Shown here one piece after another: positions 25,568 through 36,086 of a stretch of DNA of 48,677 bases (positions within the stretch are counted from its first letter, which is position 1; every line of letters begins with the position of its first letter). The position numbers were made by a program, and so were the translations under genes. The stretch is taken from NCBI GenBank assembly GCA_003978695.1, contig QNYF01000062.1, positions 1-48,677 on the forward strand. Direction: 5' to 3'. The stretch comes from Desulfobulbus sp. GTDB taxonomy: Bacteria > Desulfobacterota > Desulfobulbia > Desulfobulbales > Desulfobulbaceae. The notes below the pieces were generated by a model. The model saw only the letters and a program-made list of their open reading frames with translations, ran no database searches and was not told where the DNA came from.

Positions 25568-26807
25568 CTATATAGTCTGCCTGCTCTTTGCTCAACGTTG
25601 TCAAGTGAGCATCGATTTTCTTGAGATGTAGTCTGGCGACCATTTCATCAAGTTTTTTGGGCAGAAAATAGACCTTGTTCTCATACTGTTCTGAATTTTT
25701 CCATAACTCCATCTGGGCCAGAACCTGATTGGTGAACGAGTTGCTCATGACAAAACTCGGGTGTCCTGTAGCACAGCCAAGATTTACCAACCGTCCTTCT
25801 GCCAGAACAATTATTCGTTTACCGTCAGGAAAAACAACATGGTCAACCTGGGGTTTAATATTCTCCCACTCAAGATCACGGATACCGGCAATGTCAATTT
25901 CTGAGTCAAAATGACCAATATTACAGACAATAGCCTGGTCTTTCATCACATCCATATGGGCCCTGGTGATGACCTGCAGATTTCCGGTACAGGTAACAAA
26001 CAAATCCCCGACAGTGGCTGCCTCTTCCATGGTCACGACCTTAAATCCTTCCATAGCCGCCTGCAGAGCACAAATCGGATCAATCTCCGTGACCAGCACC
26101 GAGGCTCCCATTCCGCGTAAAGCCTGGGCACAGCCTTTACCCACATCACCGTAACCAACCACAACACCAACCTTGCCGGCAATCATCACATCCGTTGCCC
26201 GTTTGATGCCATCAATGAGTGATTCACGGCAGCCATAAAGGTTGTCAAATTTTGATTTGGTTACTGAATCGTTCACATTGAAGGCGGGTGTCAGCAGCTT
26301 GCCGTCTCTGGCCATTTCATTGAGACGATGAACACCGGTGGTGGTCTCCTCGGAAATACCCCGCACATCTTTCAGCAGTTCAGGATATTTTTCATGCATA
26401 AGCAGGGTCAGGTCTCCACCGTCATCAAGAATCATGTTCGGCCGCCAGTCATCCGGGCCAAAGATTGTCTGCTCAATACACCACCAGAATTCCTCTTCGT
26501 TCTCACCCTTCCAGGCAAAGGTCGGGATACCGGCAGCCGCCATGGCTGAGGCCGCCTGATCCTGGGTGGAAAAAATATTACAGGAAGACCATCGCAGTTC
26601 CGCACCCAGATCAACCAGCGTTTCCATCAGTACCGCCGTCTGGATGGTCATGTGCAGACAACCGGCAATACGGGCACCTTTCAAAGGCTTTGTCTCGCTA
26701 TATTCTTCACGAAGAGCCATAAGCCCCGGCATTTCGGTTTCGGCAATGGCGACTTCCTTGCGCCCCCACTCTGCCAACTCCATGTCTGCTACTTTATAAT
26801 CACTCAT
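25521..26807 (-). CDS. ahcY: adenosylhomocysteinase
   Basis: [53 protein letters not shown] (NAD) and the [17 protein letters not shown] motif. Confidence 0.95.
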   Translation of the reverse strand: MSDYKVADMELAEWGRKEVAIAETEMPGLMALREEYSETKPLKGARIAGCLHMTIQTAVLMETLVDLGAELRWSSCNIFSTQDQAASAMAAAGIPTFAWKGENEEEFWWCIEQTIFGPDDWRPNMILDDGGDLTLLMHEKYPELLKDVRGISEETTTGVHRLNEMARDGKLLTPAFNVNDSVTKSKFDNLYGCRESLIDGIKRATDVMIAGKVGVVVGYGDVGKGCAQALRGMGASVLVTEIDPICALQAAMEGFKVVTMEEAATVGDLFVTCTGNLQVITRAHMDVMKDQAIVCNIGHFDSEIDIAGIRDLEWENIKPQVDHVVFPDGKRIIVLAEGRLVNLGCATGHPSFVMSNSFTNQVLAQMELWKNSEQYENKVYFLPKKLDEMVARLHLKKIDAHLTTLSKEQADYIGVAVDGPYKPEYYRY

Positions 26808-26911
26808 CAGTTACATACTCCGCTCTGCTCTATGCAGATTTATTTATTTTAAAACACGAATCCGGACCGATTGTACTGACCAGACCGGAACACATTATGT
26901 ATTACACGCAA

Positions 26912-28075
26912 TTAAATACCGGCGGCACTCTTCAATTCCTCTGCTTTATCAGTACGCTCCCAGGTAAACTCTGGGAGTTCCCGGCCAAAATGTCCGTAAG
27001 CCGCAGTCTTGTGATAAATAGGCCGCAACAGATCCAGATGCTGCACTATGGCCTTGGGGCGAAGATCAAAGACTTCACCTATAAGTTCTATCAGGCGCTC
27101 ATCAGTAATCTTGCAGGTGCCAAATGTTTTCACATTGATGGAAACCGGCTGAGAAATGCCAATGGCATAAGCCACCTGTACTTCTACCTCGGTCGCAATC
27201 CCTGAAGCGACAATATTTTTTGCCACATACCGGCCCATGTAAGAGGAAGATCGGTCAACTTTGGATGGATCCTTTCCGGAAAAAGCTCCGCCGCCGTGGG
27301 AGCCACGGCCACCATAGGAATCAACAATAATTTTTCGACCGGTCACACCACAGTCGCCTACAGGTCCGCCGATAACAAAACGACCGGTGGGGTTGATAAA
27401 ATACTTGGTGTTTTCATCAAGCATGTCAGAGGGCAGGATCGGCTTGATAATTTCTTCCATGATGCCTTCTTTGAGGTCTGCATAGGCAACATCCGGGCTG
27501 TGCTGGGAAGAGAGAACAACCGCTTCTATCCTTTTGGCCACATTATCTTCATACTGAATGGTCACCTGACTCTTGGCATCCGGACGCAACCAGGGCAGAA
27601 GCCCGGCCTTGCGTACCTCCGACTGCCTTTTCACCAGCAGATGCGCCAAGGTGATGGGCATGGGCATGAGCACACTGGTCTCATCACAGGCATAGCCAAA
27701 CATCAGCCCCTGGTCACCGGCCCCCTGGTCAAGGTCAAGCCCGGTCCCCTCGTTAACACCCTGGGCAATATCTGTTGACTGTTTATCAATGGAAGTCATG
27801 ACTGCGCACGACTGCCAGTCAAACCCCATGTCAGATGAATTATAGCCAATCTCCCGAATAGTCTGCCGGACAATATCTGGCATGTCTACCCAGGCTGATG
27901 TGGTAATCTCTCCGGCAATCATTGCAAGACCGGTGGTTACAAGACTTTCACAGGCAACACGCGAGTGAGGGTCCTGCTCAAGGATTGCGTCAAGAATGGC
28001 ATCGGAAATCTGGTCGGCGACCTTATCCGGATGCCCTTCAGAAACAGACTCAGAGGTAAAGAGATGACTCGACAT
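26912..28075 (-). CDS. metK: S-adenosylmethionine synthetase
   Basis: Start at the ATG at 28075 ([32 protein letters not shown]). [12 protein letters not shown] and [16 protein letters not shown] are present. The upstream 30-codon extension overlaps the preceding gene and was rejected. Confidence 0.95.
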   Translation of the reverse strand: MSSHLFTSESVSEGHPDKVADQISDAILDAILEQDPHSRVACESLVTTGLAMIAGEITTSAWVDMPDIVRQTIREIGYNSSDMGFDWQSCAVMTSIDKQSTDIAQGVNEGTGLDLDQGAGDQGLMFGYACDETSVLMPMPITLAHLLVKRQSEVRKAGLLPWLRPDAKSQVTIQYEDNVAKRIEAVVLSSQHSPDVAYADLKEGIMEEIIKPILPSDMLDENTKYFINPTGRFVIGGPVGDCGVTGRKIIVDSYGGRGSHGGGAFSGKDPSKVDRSSSYMGRYVAKNIVASGIATEVEVQVAYAIGISQPVSINVKTFGTCKITDERLIELIGEVFDLRPKAIVQHLDLLRPIYHKTAAYGHFGRELPEFTWERTDKAEELKSAAGI

Positions 28076-28097
28076 ATATATAACTCCTGTTAAATTT

Positions 28098-29984
28098 TCA
28101 CGCAGCGCAAAGCTTGTCTGCTCTGCCGCTGCCCTTCCAGCCGGCGTTCCTGGCCTGGATGACAAAATCTAGTACTATATCCCATTTATTCAGCGGACTG
28201 ATCAAATACAACCCGTCAGCAAATGCTGAAATATCTTCTATCAGTCTGGCTGTGTACTCAAGCGCTACCTTACGCTGATCAGCGACTTCTTCATACTCTG
28301 CCAGTTTTTTGCGTAGATCATCAGGCACAGATATGCCGGGTACTTCGTTATGAAGGAATTCAGCATTACGGGAGGAAATCAACGGAAAAATCCCCGGAAA
28401 AATCAGCATATCCAGATGAGCCACCCGTTCCATCATCTGCTCGACCTCATCCCGGGAAAAAAGCGGCTGGGTCATTGCGTAACGGGCACCCAGGGCAGAT
28501 TTTTTCTCTAGCCGGCTGATCTGCAGGCCGGGATTTGCAGGCCTGAAACTAAAGGCTGCGCCAATGGAAAAATTTGTCTGCTCTTTCACAGACCTGCCTG
28601 CCATGTTCAGGCCCCTGTTCAAGCCGTCAAGCATCCGTATCAACCCGTTTGAACGCAGGTCAAAGACACCGCTCACTCCCGGCTGATCCGTACCGGCAGC
28701 CGAATCTCCGGAAACAGCCAGTACAGCCTCAATACCGAGCAGATGCGCCTCCATCATCCGGGATTGAAGTCCCAGTGCGTTAATATCGCGTCCTGTCTGA
28801 TGAATTATCGTCTGTACTCCAAACCGGTTTCGAATTATTGATGCGACCCCGAGATTACCAGTCCGTAAAATGGCAAGTGGGTTTTCGCCAAGCGAGATGG
28901 CATCCACACCGGCTTGGGCAAGTTTCTTCGCGCCCCGTAACACTGGCTGGACATCAAGATGCGTGGGCGGATCAAGTTCGACAATAATCGGCAGCCGCCC
29001 CGGCACAAGACCTGTAAGAAAACCACCCGTTCGTGATTCACCCCCAACCTGCTCTTCAACTCCTCCCGGGACGGCGACCTCTGCCCCCCGGACACGGACG
29101 GGTTTAATCCGTAACGCTGAGCGAAATTCCTGGACATGGGCAGGGGTCGTTCCACAACAACCACCAATGAGATGCACGCCTTTGCGAATCATTTCGCGGG
29201 CACGGGTGGCCATGTACCCGGGCTGCGCCGGATATATCATGCGGTGTCCGACCATTTCAGGCATACCGGCGTTTGGAAATGCTGAAAGGGCGACTCCCTC
29301 GCCTGCCAGCGGAGACATCTTTTCAATGGCCAGGACCATGGCATCAATACCACGGCCACAGTTGGTCCCCACCAGATCGGCTCCTGCGTCACGCATCTGT
29401 TGAGCACAGGTCAGGGCATCGTCGCCCCGAACTGTCCTTGCCCGGGCCGGGAAAACCATCTGGCTGACCACAGGCAGGGCAGGTGCTTCGCTCTTTGCGA
29501 CCTCTATGGCCAGAAGTATTTCATCGAGATTGGAAAACGTCTCAATAATGAGTAAATCAGCCCCACCTTCAGCAAGGCCCCGTACCTGTTCCCTGAAACT
29601 CTCCCGAATATCATCAAGCGTTATTTCCTCTTCCTCAAAAGGAAAAGTTATCCCGGAAGGCCCCACAGATCCGGCCACATAGACCTGGTGCCCGGCAGCC
29701 TTGGCCGCAATCTCAGCACCTGCCCTGTTAATTGCAAAAACCTGCCCTTCAATACCTGCTTCACGTAACTTGAAACGGCCAGCACCAAAGGTATTGGTTT
29801 CTATCAGCTGACTGCCGGCTCGAATATACTCTTCGTGAGCACTGAAGACGACATCGGGCGCCTGCACATTAAGCAGATCGAGATTACGCCCCCTCTCAAC
29901 TCCTCTTTCAAAAAGATAGGAGCCCAGTGCGCCATCCCCGAGAACCACATGGTTCTGTATATAATCACGAAAATCTGGCTTCAT
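28098..29984 (-). CDS. bifunctional homocysteine S-methyltransferase domain / 5,10-methylenetetrahydrofolate reductase fusion
   Basis: The N-terminal Hcy-binding barrel has [18 protein letters not shown], the GTNCG region and [11 protein letters not shown] (zinc Cys). The C-terminal half is MTHFR-like ([11 protein letters not shown]..., [12 protein letters not shown]..., SGDSAAG...). Confidence 0.85.
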   Translation of the reverse strand: MKPDFRDYIQNHVVLGDGALGSYLFERGVERGRNLDLLNVQAPDVVFSAHEEYIRAGSQLIETNTFGAGRFKLREAGIEGQVFAINRAGAEIAAKAAGHQVYVAGSVGPSGITFPFEEEEITLDDIRESFREQVRGLAEGGADLLIIETFSNLDEILLAIEVAKSEAPALPVVSQMVFPARARTVRGDDALTCAQQMRDAGADLVGTNCGRGIDAMVLAIEKMSPLAGEGVALSAFPNAGMPEMVGHRMIYPAQPGYMATRAREMIRKGVHLIGGCCGTTPAHVQEFRSALRIKPVRVRGAEVAVPGGVEEQVGGESRTGGFLTGLVPGRLPIIVELDPPTHLDVQPVLRGAKKLAQAGVDAISLGENPLAILRTGNLGVASIIRNRFGVQTIIHQTGRDINALGLQSRMMEAHLLGIEAVLAVSGDSAAGTDQPGVSGVFDLRSNGLIRMLDGLNRGLNMAGRSVKEQTNFSIGAAFSFRPANPGLQISRLEKKSALGARYAMTQPLFSRDEVEQMMERVAHLDMLIFPGIFPLISSRNAEFLHNEVPGISVPDDLRKKLAEYEEVADQRKVALEYTARLIEDISAFADGLYLISPLNKWDIVLDFVIQARNAGWKGSGRADKLCAA

Positions 29985-30085
29985 TGCTCAGTCATCACAT
30001 TCAACGCTTAACGTTACCTGGCAGCTCTCACGGTTTTAATTCTACGACCTGTTTTATTTTCCGCTAAAAAAGCGGAGTTCTGCCA

Positions 30086-30094
30086 ATTATACCA
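30086..30094 (-). promoter_or_regulatory. candidate extended -10 promoter element for the metF-fusion/metK operon
   Basis: The minus strand reads TGGTATAAT (TGnTATAAT) about 100 nt upstream of the start at 29984. There is no good -35. Pattern only. Confidence 0.3.
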
Positions 30095-30372
30095 TACAAA
30101 GATGAAGAAAGTATAATTACACAAAGCAACCGACAAGTTCAATAAAAATAGAACGATTTTTCAGGGGATAGACTTTTGGGGAAGACAACAACCCGTTCAG
30201 GCGGGAAGAAACCGGTTGCCAGGAAATAGACAGCTCACCAATACAGGGGGATTCCAGCCAACTCAAATCGCCTGCCAGAGGCAGGCAAAGGCTCGCTTTG
30301 CCCATACTGAGAGGTGTAATCCTGCTGCTCAAACTGCTTTTTAATTCTCTTTACCCGTCCACAATGCGGAGT

Positions 30373-31125
30373 TCAGCCCTGAATAGCATACCCTCCATCA
30401 ACAACGACAACCTGACCGTGGATCATTGCCGCCCCCTCACTGCAGAGAAAAAGAGCAAGGTCGGCCACGTTTTCCGGTGTCGTCAAACGACCAAGAGGAG
30501 TCCGGTCAAGAGACGTGCCAATGATTTCGTCCCGATTGGGAAACTTTTTTAAAGCATCCGTGTCAACGACACCTGCACTGATCGTATTTACGGTAATGCC
30601 CTTTGGCCCCAACTCAACAGCCAGGTGGCGAACAAGAGATTCCAGCGCCGCTTTGGACGCACCGACTGCTGTGTAGTTAGGTACTGCCCGAACCGCACCA
30701 AGACTTGAAACCGCCAGAATTCGCCCTCCATTTCCCATCATCGGGGCCGCGTACTGGGCAAGGGTCAGCAGGGCTCTGGCATTAATGTCCATGGCCCAGT
30801 TCCAATGGCGGGTGGTCAACTCCATGGCCGGTTTCAACACACCGGAGGCTGCATTGGAAACCAGAATATCCAGCCGTTTATACGTGTCCTGTATTTCGGC
30901 AAACATGCGTTTTACGTCCTCTTCTTTGGCAACATTTGCCTTAACTGCCAGGCAGCGCACGCCCTGTTTTTCAATGGCCTGAACAGTTTCTTCAGCATCC
31001 CTTCGATGGCGCACATAATTGACAACTATATCAACACCATTTGCGGCCAGACGAACGGCTATAGCCCGGCCTATTCCCCGGGACCCTCCTGTAATAAGGG
31101 CAACTTTTCCCTGTAAATCCTGCAT
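30373..31125 (-). CDS. fabL: enoyl-[acyl-carrier-protein] reductase, FabL-like SDR
   Basis: TGGSRGIGRAIAVRLAANG, NAASGVL, the HWNW region, and YTAVGASKAALESLVRHLAVELGPKGITVN...DTDALKKFPNRDE. It is collinear with B. subtilis FabL as I recall it. Confidence 0.75.
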   Translation of the reverse strand: MQDLQGKVALITGGSRGIGRAIAVRLAANGVDIVVNYVRHRRDAEETVQAIEKQGVRCLAVKANVAKEEDVKRMFAEIQDTYKRLDILVSNAASGVLKPAMELTTRHWNWAMDINARALLTLAQYAAPMMGNGGRILAVSSLGAVRAVPNYTAVGASKAALESLVRHLAVELGPKGITVNTISAGVVDTDALKKFPNRDEIIGTSLDRTPLGRLTTPENVADLALFLCSEGAAMIHGQVVVVDGGYAIQG

Positions 31126-31209
31126 TACTTATCTCCTGAGAAAAAAATGAATCCCTTCTGACAACCAACGAGTCAGATGGTACTGAAAACTTGCAAAAAC
31201 CACCGGCCT

Positions 31210-31314
31210 GTAACTGTTCTAGAGCGCCCCAGGTCTGGAGTCTGCGCATACCTGTTCATTTAAGACCGTGAAGCAGGCTTAAATGGAAGAAATGAGGTGC
31301 TCCTGAAGAGTTAC
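31210..31314. repeat. mosaic palindromic intergenic repeat, 105-bp copy
   Basis: GTAACTGTTCTAGAGCGCCCCAGGTCTGGAGTCTGCGCATACCTGTTCATTTAAG...GCTTAAATGGAAG...GGTGCTCCTGAAGAGTTAC, with terminal inverted repeats of about 19 bp. Confidence 0.8.
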
Positions 31315-31359
31315 CAACAAAAGAAATGTACCCTGCGCCCTGCTTCTTTGCAAGGATCG

Positions 31360-32301
31360 TTAATGACGCTGTACGTTCTTTCGCATAACACGCCTAACCA
31401 AACGGCGCATAAAACGAAATGGATCAAAACGAATCGGTGAGAGTACTTCAGGAACACAAAAATCTGTGACCTGCAGCGGCCCAGGAGCGGTAAGAGGAAA
31501 GATGAGATCTGAGAGAAGACTTCCCTCCAGCCCTGCCTGTATACATTCCTGCATCAACGGGCTTTGCCCGGGATGCAGAGAAAGAACTTCAAATAATGCT
31601 CTGTCAAGGGCCACAGGATTTGCGGATCCTGCCACGATTTTCAGAGGATAGGATTCACCGTGCAGAGGCCCGGTTTTATGCATAGCCTCAATTCCGTCAG
31701 CCAGAGTCAGAGAGTCCGGCAAGACTTCAAGGAGCTGAAGAAGCCGACCACAAAAACTGCCATGCCTGCCGCCATAGACCATATGCCACCATGGTTTTCT
31801 TAGACCGGCAAGACAGCCAAAACAGTTCTTCACCGCAAGGGTTACTCCTGTCTGCCCATGCGCCTTAACCCTGGGAAGATTGACCAGCAGATCACAATCG
31901 AGCGCAGCAACTGCGACACCAGCCTTACCCCCTCCTGGTAAAGTGACCTTCCTGACCCTGGAAAAATCCCGTATCGCCACCCCCATTCCAGTGAGTTTCC
32001 CGGCAACACCGAGTGCCCGCAAGGCAGTTGTTGCAGTGCCAAATACAGGAGAATCGCCAACCGACACCCTGGCGCCATGGTCAAGAAACCACCGGGCAGT
32101 ACTCATAATAAAGGCGGCTTCCGTACAGGGAAGAGAACCATACCTGACAGCAATCAGGTTTGGTTTAAGAAGAACATCACAGGAATAAAAATTCGGCAGA
32201 CTCCCCAATGCACTCAATACGAGGTCGATACAATCAGCGAGCTCCCGCGAATCGTAACCTGCACAGGATGTGAGTGCCACCACACGAGAATCAAGTTGCA
32301 T
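31360..32301 (-). CDS. DUF362 domain-containing protein
   Basis: LKPNLI..., GDSPVFG..., LPRVKAHGQTGVTLAVKNCFG..., DGIEAMHKTGP..., typical of DUF362. The start is taken at the ATG at 32301, because the longer ORF would be encoded by a terminator-like hairpin. Confidence 0.75.
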   Translation of the reverse strand: MQLDSRVVALTSCAGYDSRELADCIDLVLSALGSLPNFYSCDVLLKPNLIAVRYGSLPCTEAAFIMSTARWFLDHGARVSVGDSPVFGTATTALRALGVAGKLTGMGVAIRDFSRVRKVTLPGGGKAGVAVAALDCDLLVNLPRVKAHGQTGVTLAVKNCFGCLAGLRKPWWHMVYGGRHGSFCGRLLQLLEVLPDSLTLADGIEAMHKTGPLHGESYPLKIVAGSANPVALDRALFEVLSLHPGQSPLMQECIQAGLEGSLLSDLIFPLTAPGPLQVTDFCVPEVLSPIRFDPFRFMRRLVRRVMRKNVQRH

Positions 32302-32304
32302 AAC

Positions 32305-32344
32305 AAAAAAAATCCAGTTCAACCAACAGAGGCTGAACTGGATT
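32305..32344 (-). terminator. hairpin plus U-run immediately upstream of the DUF362 start (terminator or attenuator)
   Basis: An 11-bp perfect stem, AATCCAGTTCA (32311-21) / TGAACTGGATT (32334-44), with a 12-nt loop, followed on the minus strand by TTTTTT (32310-32305). Confidence 0.5.
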
Positions 32345-32622
32345 AAGGAGAGAAGAGATGAAGAATAACCTTATTATTGCACAGCTCATGCCATTATCAT
32401 AAAAAAAGAAGAATATAAAATAAACATCAACAATAACAATGCATTAAAAGAATAAACCTGGTGAGCCTCACAGAGAACAAACCTCTCTTAAGTATAATTT
32501 TCTATACCACAAAAAGGGAGCATCTCAAAAACCATCCTAAAATAAATACGGACATTCCACGTCTTGAACAGGATTGTTCAACTTTTGATAAAAAGTATCA
32601 TTTTTAGAAAGACCAATTTTTT

Positions 32623-34554
32623 CTACTCATTCCTTGCCCAGTTCAGCAGGCCACCAGCAAGAAGTATTTCTCTATGCCTTGCTGAAAGATCAAGATTGAC
32701 CTGAAGAGCTTTGCCATTTACTTCAACGGCAACCGTTTCTGCTCCACCTGCAAGGGCAGCACGAATACCGGGAATAACAATATCTGCGCCCTGCTCCACC
32801 TTGTCATAGTCATCCGGGTTTGCAAAAGTGAGAGGTAAAATACCAAAATTGATAAGGTTTGCTTTGTGGATACGGGCAAAACTCTTTACCAGTTTCACCT
32901 GCACCCCCAGGTATCTTGGCGCCAGGGCGGCATGTTCACGGCTTGATCCCTGACCATAGTTATCTCCACCAATCACTGCGCCAAAATGCCCAGCTGAGGT
33001 AGCCTCTTTCATGTCGCAGGCAAAACATTCGCTGACCTGTGAAAAAACATACTCACTGATGGCCGGAATATTACTGCGAAGCGGCAATATTTTGGCCCCG
33101 GCAGGCATTATGTGATCTGTAGTGATATTATCCGCCAGTTTAAGCATAACCTTCCCCTGCCAGGTTTCAGGCATAGCCTCAAACTCGGGAAACGGAGCAA
33201 TATTGGGACCACGGACAATGTCCACTTCTGTCCCTTCCGGAAGGGGTGCCTCAATCCGTTCATCACCGGGCAGGTATTTTTCCGGCAGGGTAAATGCGGG
33301 ATACTCACCAAGGTCTCTTGGGTCGGTAATCACCCCCTTAATGGCAGAAGCAGCGGCGACTTCAGGACTGCAAAGATAGACTTTATCACCCTGATTACCT
33401 GAACGACCCGGAAAATTTCGTGAAAATGTCCGCAGAGAAATCATACCTGTGGGCGGTGCCTGCCCCATACCGATACAACCAAGGCATCCAGACTGGTGAA
33501 TCCTGGCACCTGCCTGCAAAAGCGGCAAGACGCAATTTTCTGCCGTCAAATTTTCCAGAGCCTGCCTGCTTCCCGGATTTATCTCAAAACTTACTTCACG
33601 GGCAACCTCCCGCCCTTCCATTATTTTTGCAACAGCCGTTAAATCCCGCAGGGAGGAGTTGGTACACGACCCTACCAGCACCTGCGCCACCGGCTTGCCG
33701 GCAACCTCACTGACCTTAACCACGTTATCAGGTGAGGAAGGACAGGCTATCATCGGCTCCAGGGTGGACATATCAATTTCCAGTACCCTGTCATATTCTG
33801 CGTCTGCATCGGCGACAAGTTCCTGCCAAAGGTCTTCCCTGCCCTGAGCCGCCATATACCTGCGGGTATTCTCATCCGAGGGGAAGACAGAGGTAGTGGC
33901 CCCGAGTTCTGCACCAAAATTGGTGATCGTCGCCCGGTCAGTCAGGCTCAGCTCAGCTACTCCCGGCCCGAAGTATTCCATGATATAACCGACTCCACCT
34001 TTTACAGTGAGCTGACGCAGCACCTCAAGAAGTACGTCACGGGCCGCAACCCAGGGAGAAAGCTTACCGGTCAGCTTGATGCCGTAAATCTTTGGCATGA
34101 TCAGGTAAAAAGGCTTTCCGGCCATGGCCATAGCCACATCAAGTCCGCCGGCTCCCATGGCCAGCATCCCCAGCCCGCCTCCGGTAGGGGTATGGGAGTC
34201 AGAGCCCAGCAGAGTCTTGCCGGGAATCCCGAAACGTTCCAGATGCACCTGATGGCAGATTCCGTTTCCCGGGGGAGAAAAATAGAGCCCGAACTTACGG
34301 GCAACACCCTGCAGAAAAACATGATCATCAGCATTTTTAAAATCTGACTGCACCAGATTATGATCGACATAACTGACAGACAGTTCGGTTTTGACCCGGG
34401 GGATTCCGATTGCCTCAAACTCCAGATATGCCATGGTTCCGGTGGCATCCTGGGTCAGAGTCTGATCTATGCGAAGTGCAATTTCCTCGCCCTTTTTCAG
34501 CTCGCCTTCAACCAGGTGAGCTGCCAGTATTTTTTCCGCAACTGTTTTGCCCAT
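32623..34554 (-). CDS. aconitate hydratase (643-aa form)
   Basis: DQTLTQDATG, GSDSHTPTGGGLG, VGSCTNSS, CLGCIGMG and the swivel domain GDNYGQGSSREHAALAP. Confidence 0.9.
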   Translation of the reverse strand: MGKTVAEKILAAHLVEGELKKGEEIALRIDQTLTQDATGTMAYLEFEAIGIPRVKTELSVSYVDHNLVQSDFKNADDHVFLQGVARKFGLYFSPPGNGICHQVHLERFGIPGKTLLGSDSHTPTGGGLGMLAMGAGGLDVAMAMAGKPFYLIMPKIYGIKLTGKLSPWVAARDVLLEVLRQLTVKGGVGYIMEYFGPGVAELSLTDRATITNFGAELGATTSVFPSDENTRRYMAAQGREDLWQELVADADAEYDRVLEIDMSTLEPMIACPSSPDNVVKVSEVAGKPVAQVLVGSCTNSSLRDLTAVAKIMEGREVAREVSFEINPGSRQALENLTAENCVLPLLQAGARIHQSGCLGCIGMGQAPPTGMISLRTFSRNFPGRSGNQGDKVYLCSPEVAAASAIKGVITDPRDLGEYPAFTLPEKYLPGDERIEAPLPEGTEVDIVRGPNIAPFPEFEAMPETWQGKVMLKLADNITTDHIMPAGAKILPLRSNIPAISEYVFSQVSECFACDMKEATSAGHFGAVIGGDNYGQGSSREHAALAPRYLGVQVKLVKSFARIHKANLINFGILPLTFANPDDYDKVEQGADIVIPGIRAALAGGAETVAVEVNGKALQVNLDLSARHREILLAGGLLNWARNE

Positions 34555-34567
34555 CTCTACTCCTTAT

Positions 34568-34595
34568 AAAAAGGGGGCACGCAATGCGTCCCCCC
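34568..34595 (-). terminator. rho-independent terminator after serA, abutting the aconitase RBS
   Basis: Stem GGGGGCACGC / GCGTCCCCCC with one mismatch and a short loop, followed on the minus strand by TTTTT and then AAGGAG-N7-ATG of the aconitase gene. Confidence 0.5.
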
Positions 34596-34618
34596 TGACA
34601 TACTTTCGTCTTAAAAAA

Positions 34619-35800
34619 TTAATGAAAGTCGATAACCCGTGTCCGGATCACCCCTTCATTGGCTTCGATTTCTTTCTGTACCTCCACAGGCACTGACCCG
34701 GTACAGTCGATGATATTATAACCAATAGAGCCGTTACTCTCGTTGGTGTAACTCATAATATTAATATCATGCCTGCCAAGAATGTTGGTCACAAGTCCGA
34801 TCATACCCGGCTTGTCATGGTTGATCATAATCAGACGCGAATGAACATCCACTGTGGGGATATTCTCTACATTGGGAAAATTCACACTGTGGCTGATGTT
34901 ACCATATTCGAGATAGCTTTTCAGCTCTTTGACCGCCATGCTGGCACAATTTTCTTCGGACTCTGAAGTTGAAGCGCCAAGATGGGGGGTTAAAAGAATT
35001 TTCTCATTATCGATGAGCTTTTCCGAAGGAAAGTCAGAAATATGGCCACAGATTTTCCCTGACTCAAGAGACGCCAGAACCGCATCCTCATCTACAACCG
35101 GCCCCCGGGCATAGTTAAAAAGCAGAGCACCGTCTTTCATCATGCCGATAAATTCCGTTGAGACAAGACCAATTGTGTTTTTATTGAGCGGCACATGCAC
35201 AGAAACAAAATCAGCCTGTGCAAGTGCCTCACGGCGGGATTTAGCCAGCTTGACATCGGGAAGCAGACCGTGAATATTATCCATTACCGGAAAGGGGTCA
35301 AACCCCACTACCTTCATACCGTGATGAATGCCCATGTTTGCCACCCGGACACCAATCTGGCCCAGGCCAATAACCCCAAGGGTCTTGCCGGACATCTCAA
35401 ACCCTTTGAACATTTTTTTGCGCGCCTCGACTTCCGCATTCAGTTCTTCGCCCTGCATATCTTTTAAACCCGAACAAAAGGCCACACCTTTATCAACATT
35501 CCTGACCCAGATTCCAAGCATGGTAAAGACCAGCTCGACAACGGCATTGGCATTGGCACCGGGAGCATTAAAAACACAGATTCCTTTTTCTGAGGCCTCT
35601 TCAACCGGAATATTATTCACGCCAGAGCCGGCCCGGGCAATAGCCAGCAGCTCAGGGAACCCGTCAAGTGTAACAGGAGAACTGCGGACAATCAGCCCCT
35701 GGGGATTTTTTTCATTTTCATCCACAGTGTAACGCTCATCAAAAAGCTCAAGCCCCTCGGCTGCGATGGCATTCATTTTTTTCACTCGAAAGGTTTCCAT
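34619..35800 (-). CDS. serA: D-3-phosphoglycerate dehydrogenase (2-hydroxyacid dehydrogenase with C-terminal ACT domain)
   Basis: GVIGLGQIGVRVA (NAD), HVPL, YARGPVVDE and TPHLGAST. The C-terminal ACT-like segment is RLIMINHDKPGMIGLVTNILGRHDINI. Confidence 0.85.
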   Translation of the reverse strand: METFRVKKMNAIAAEGLELFDERYTVDENEKNPQGLIVRSSPVTLDGFPELLAIARAGSGVNNIPVEEASEKGICVFNAPGANANAVVELVFTMLGIWVRNVDKGVAFCSGLKDMQGEELNAEVEARKKMFKGFEMSGKTLGVIGLGQIGVRVANMGIHHGMKVVGFDPFPVMDNIHGLLPDVKLAKSRREALAQADFVSVHVPLNKNTIGLVSTEFIGMMKDGALLFNYARGPVVDEDAVLASLESGKICGHISDFPSEKLIDNEKILLTPHLGASTSESEENCASMAVKELKSYLEYGNISHSVNFPNVENIPTVDVHSRLIMINHDKPGMIGLVTNILGRHDINIMSYTNESNGSIGYNIIDCTGSVPVEVQKEIEANEGVIRTRVIDFH

Positions 35801-36013
35801 TCATCCTCCACGGCCAGTTACTGACCATTCAATCAAGGTTCATATACACAACGAATCCGCATTAAAAAACCAACACGAAAATCACAACCATCCACATCCG
35901 GACCAGACCGGCAATCCGGGCAATTCATTTTTTCAGCAAAGTGTTGAATCGCTCAGAGCTACAACGAATTCCCTGTTTTTGTCAAGCAAAACACTCGTCA
36001 ATTTGATCCAACA

Positions 36014-36042
36014 TTGAGAATTCCGGCAAAGATGAGTAGTAT
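36014..36042 (+). promoter_or_regulatory. candidate sigma70-type promoter for the M1/ChaN gene
   Basis: TTGAGA (36014-19), a 17-nt spacer, then TAGTAT (36037-42), 45 nt upstream of the ATG at 36087. Pattern only. Confidence 0.3.
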
Positions 36043-36086
36043 CTTTCAACTGATACGCAAAAAATAACTTTACCCCTCTTGTTCCC

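Noticed and set aside
28076-28165. 30-codon N-terminal extension of metK
   Set aside because: It overlaps the 3' end of the upstream gene. The canonical MetK N-terminus ([18 protein letters not shown]) begins at the internal ATG at 28075.
26808-30372. Possible SAM-I / SAH riboswitches in the leaders of the metF-fusion/metK operon and ahcY
   Set aside because: I searched by eye for the hallmark segments (GAGGGA...GGCCC...CCCGGCAACC...GGTGC for SAM-I; GAGGAGCGCUGC...GGCUCAGGA for SAH). Only a fortuitous CCTGGCAACC was found. An Rfam scan would be needed to exclude other classes.
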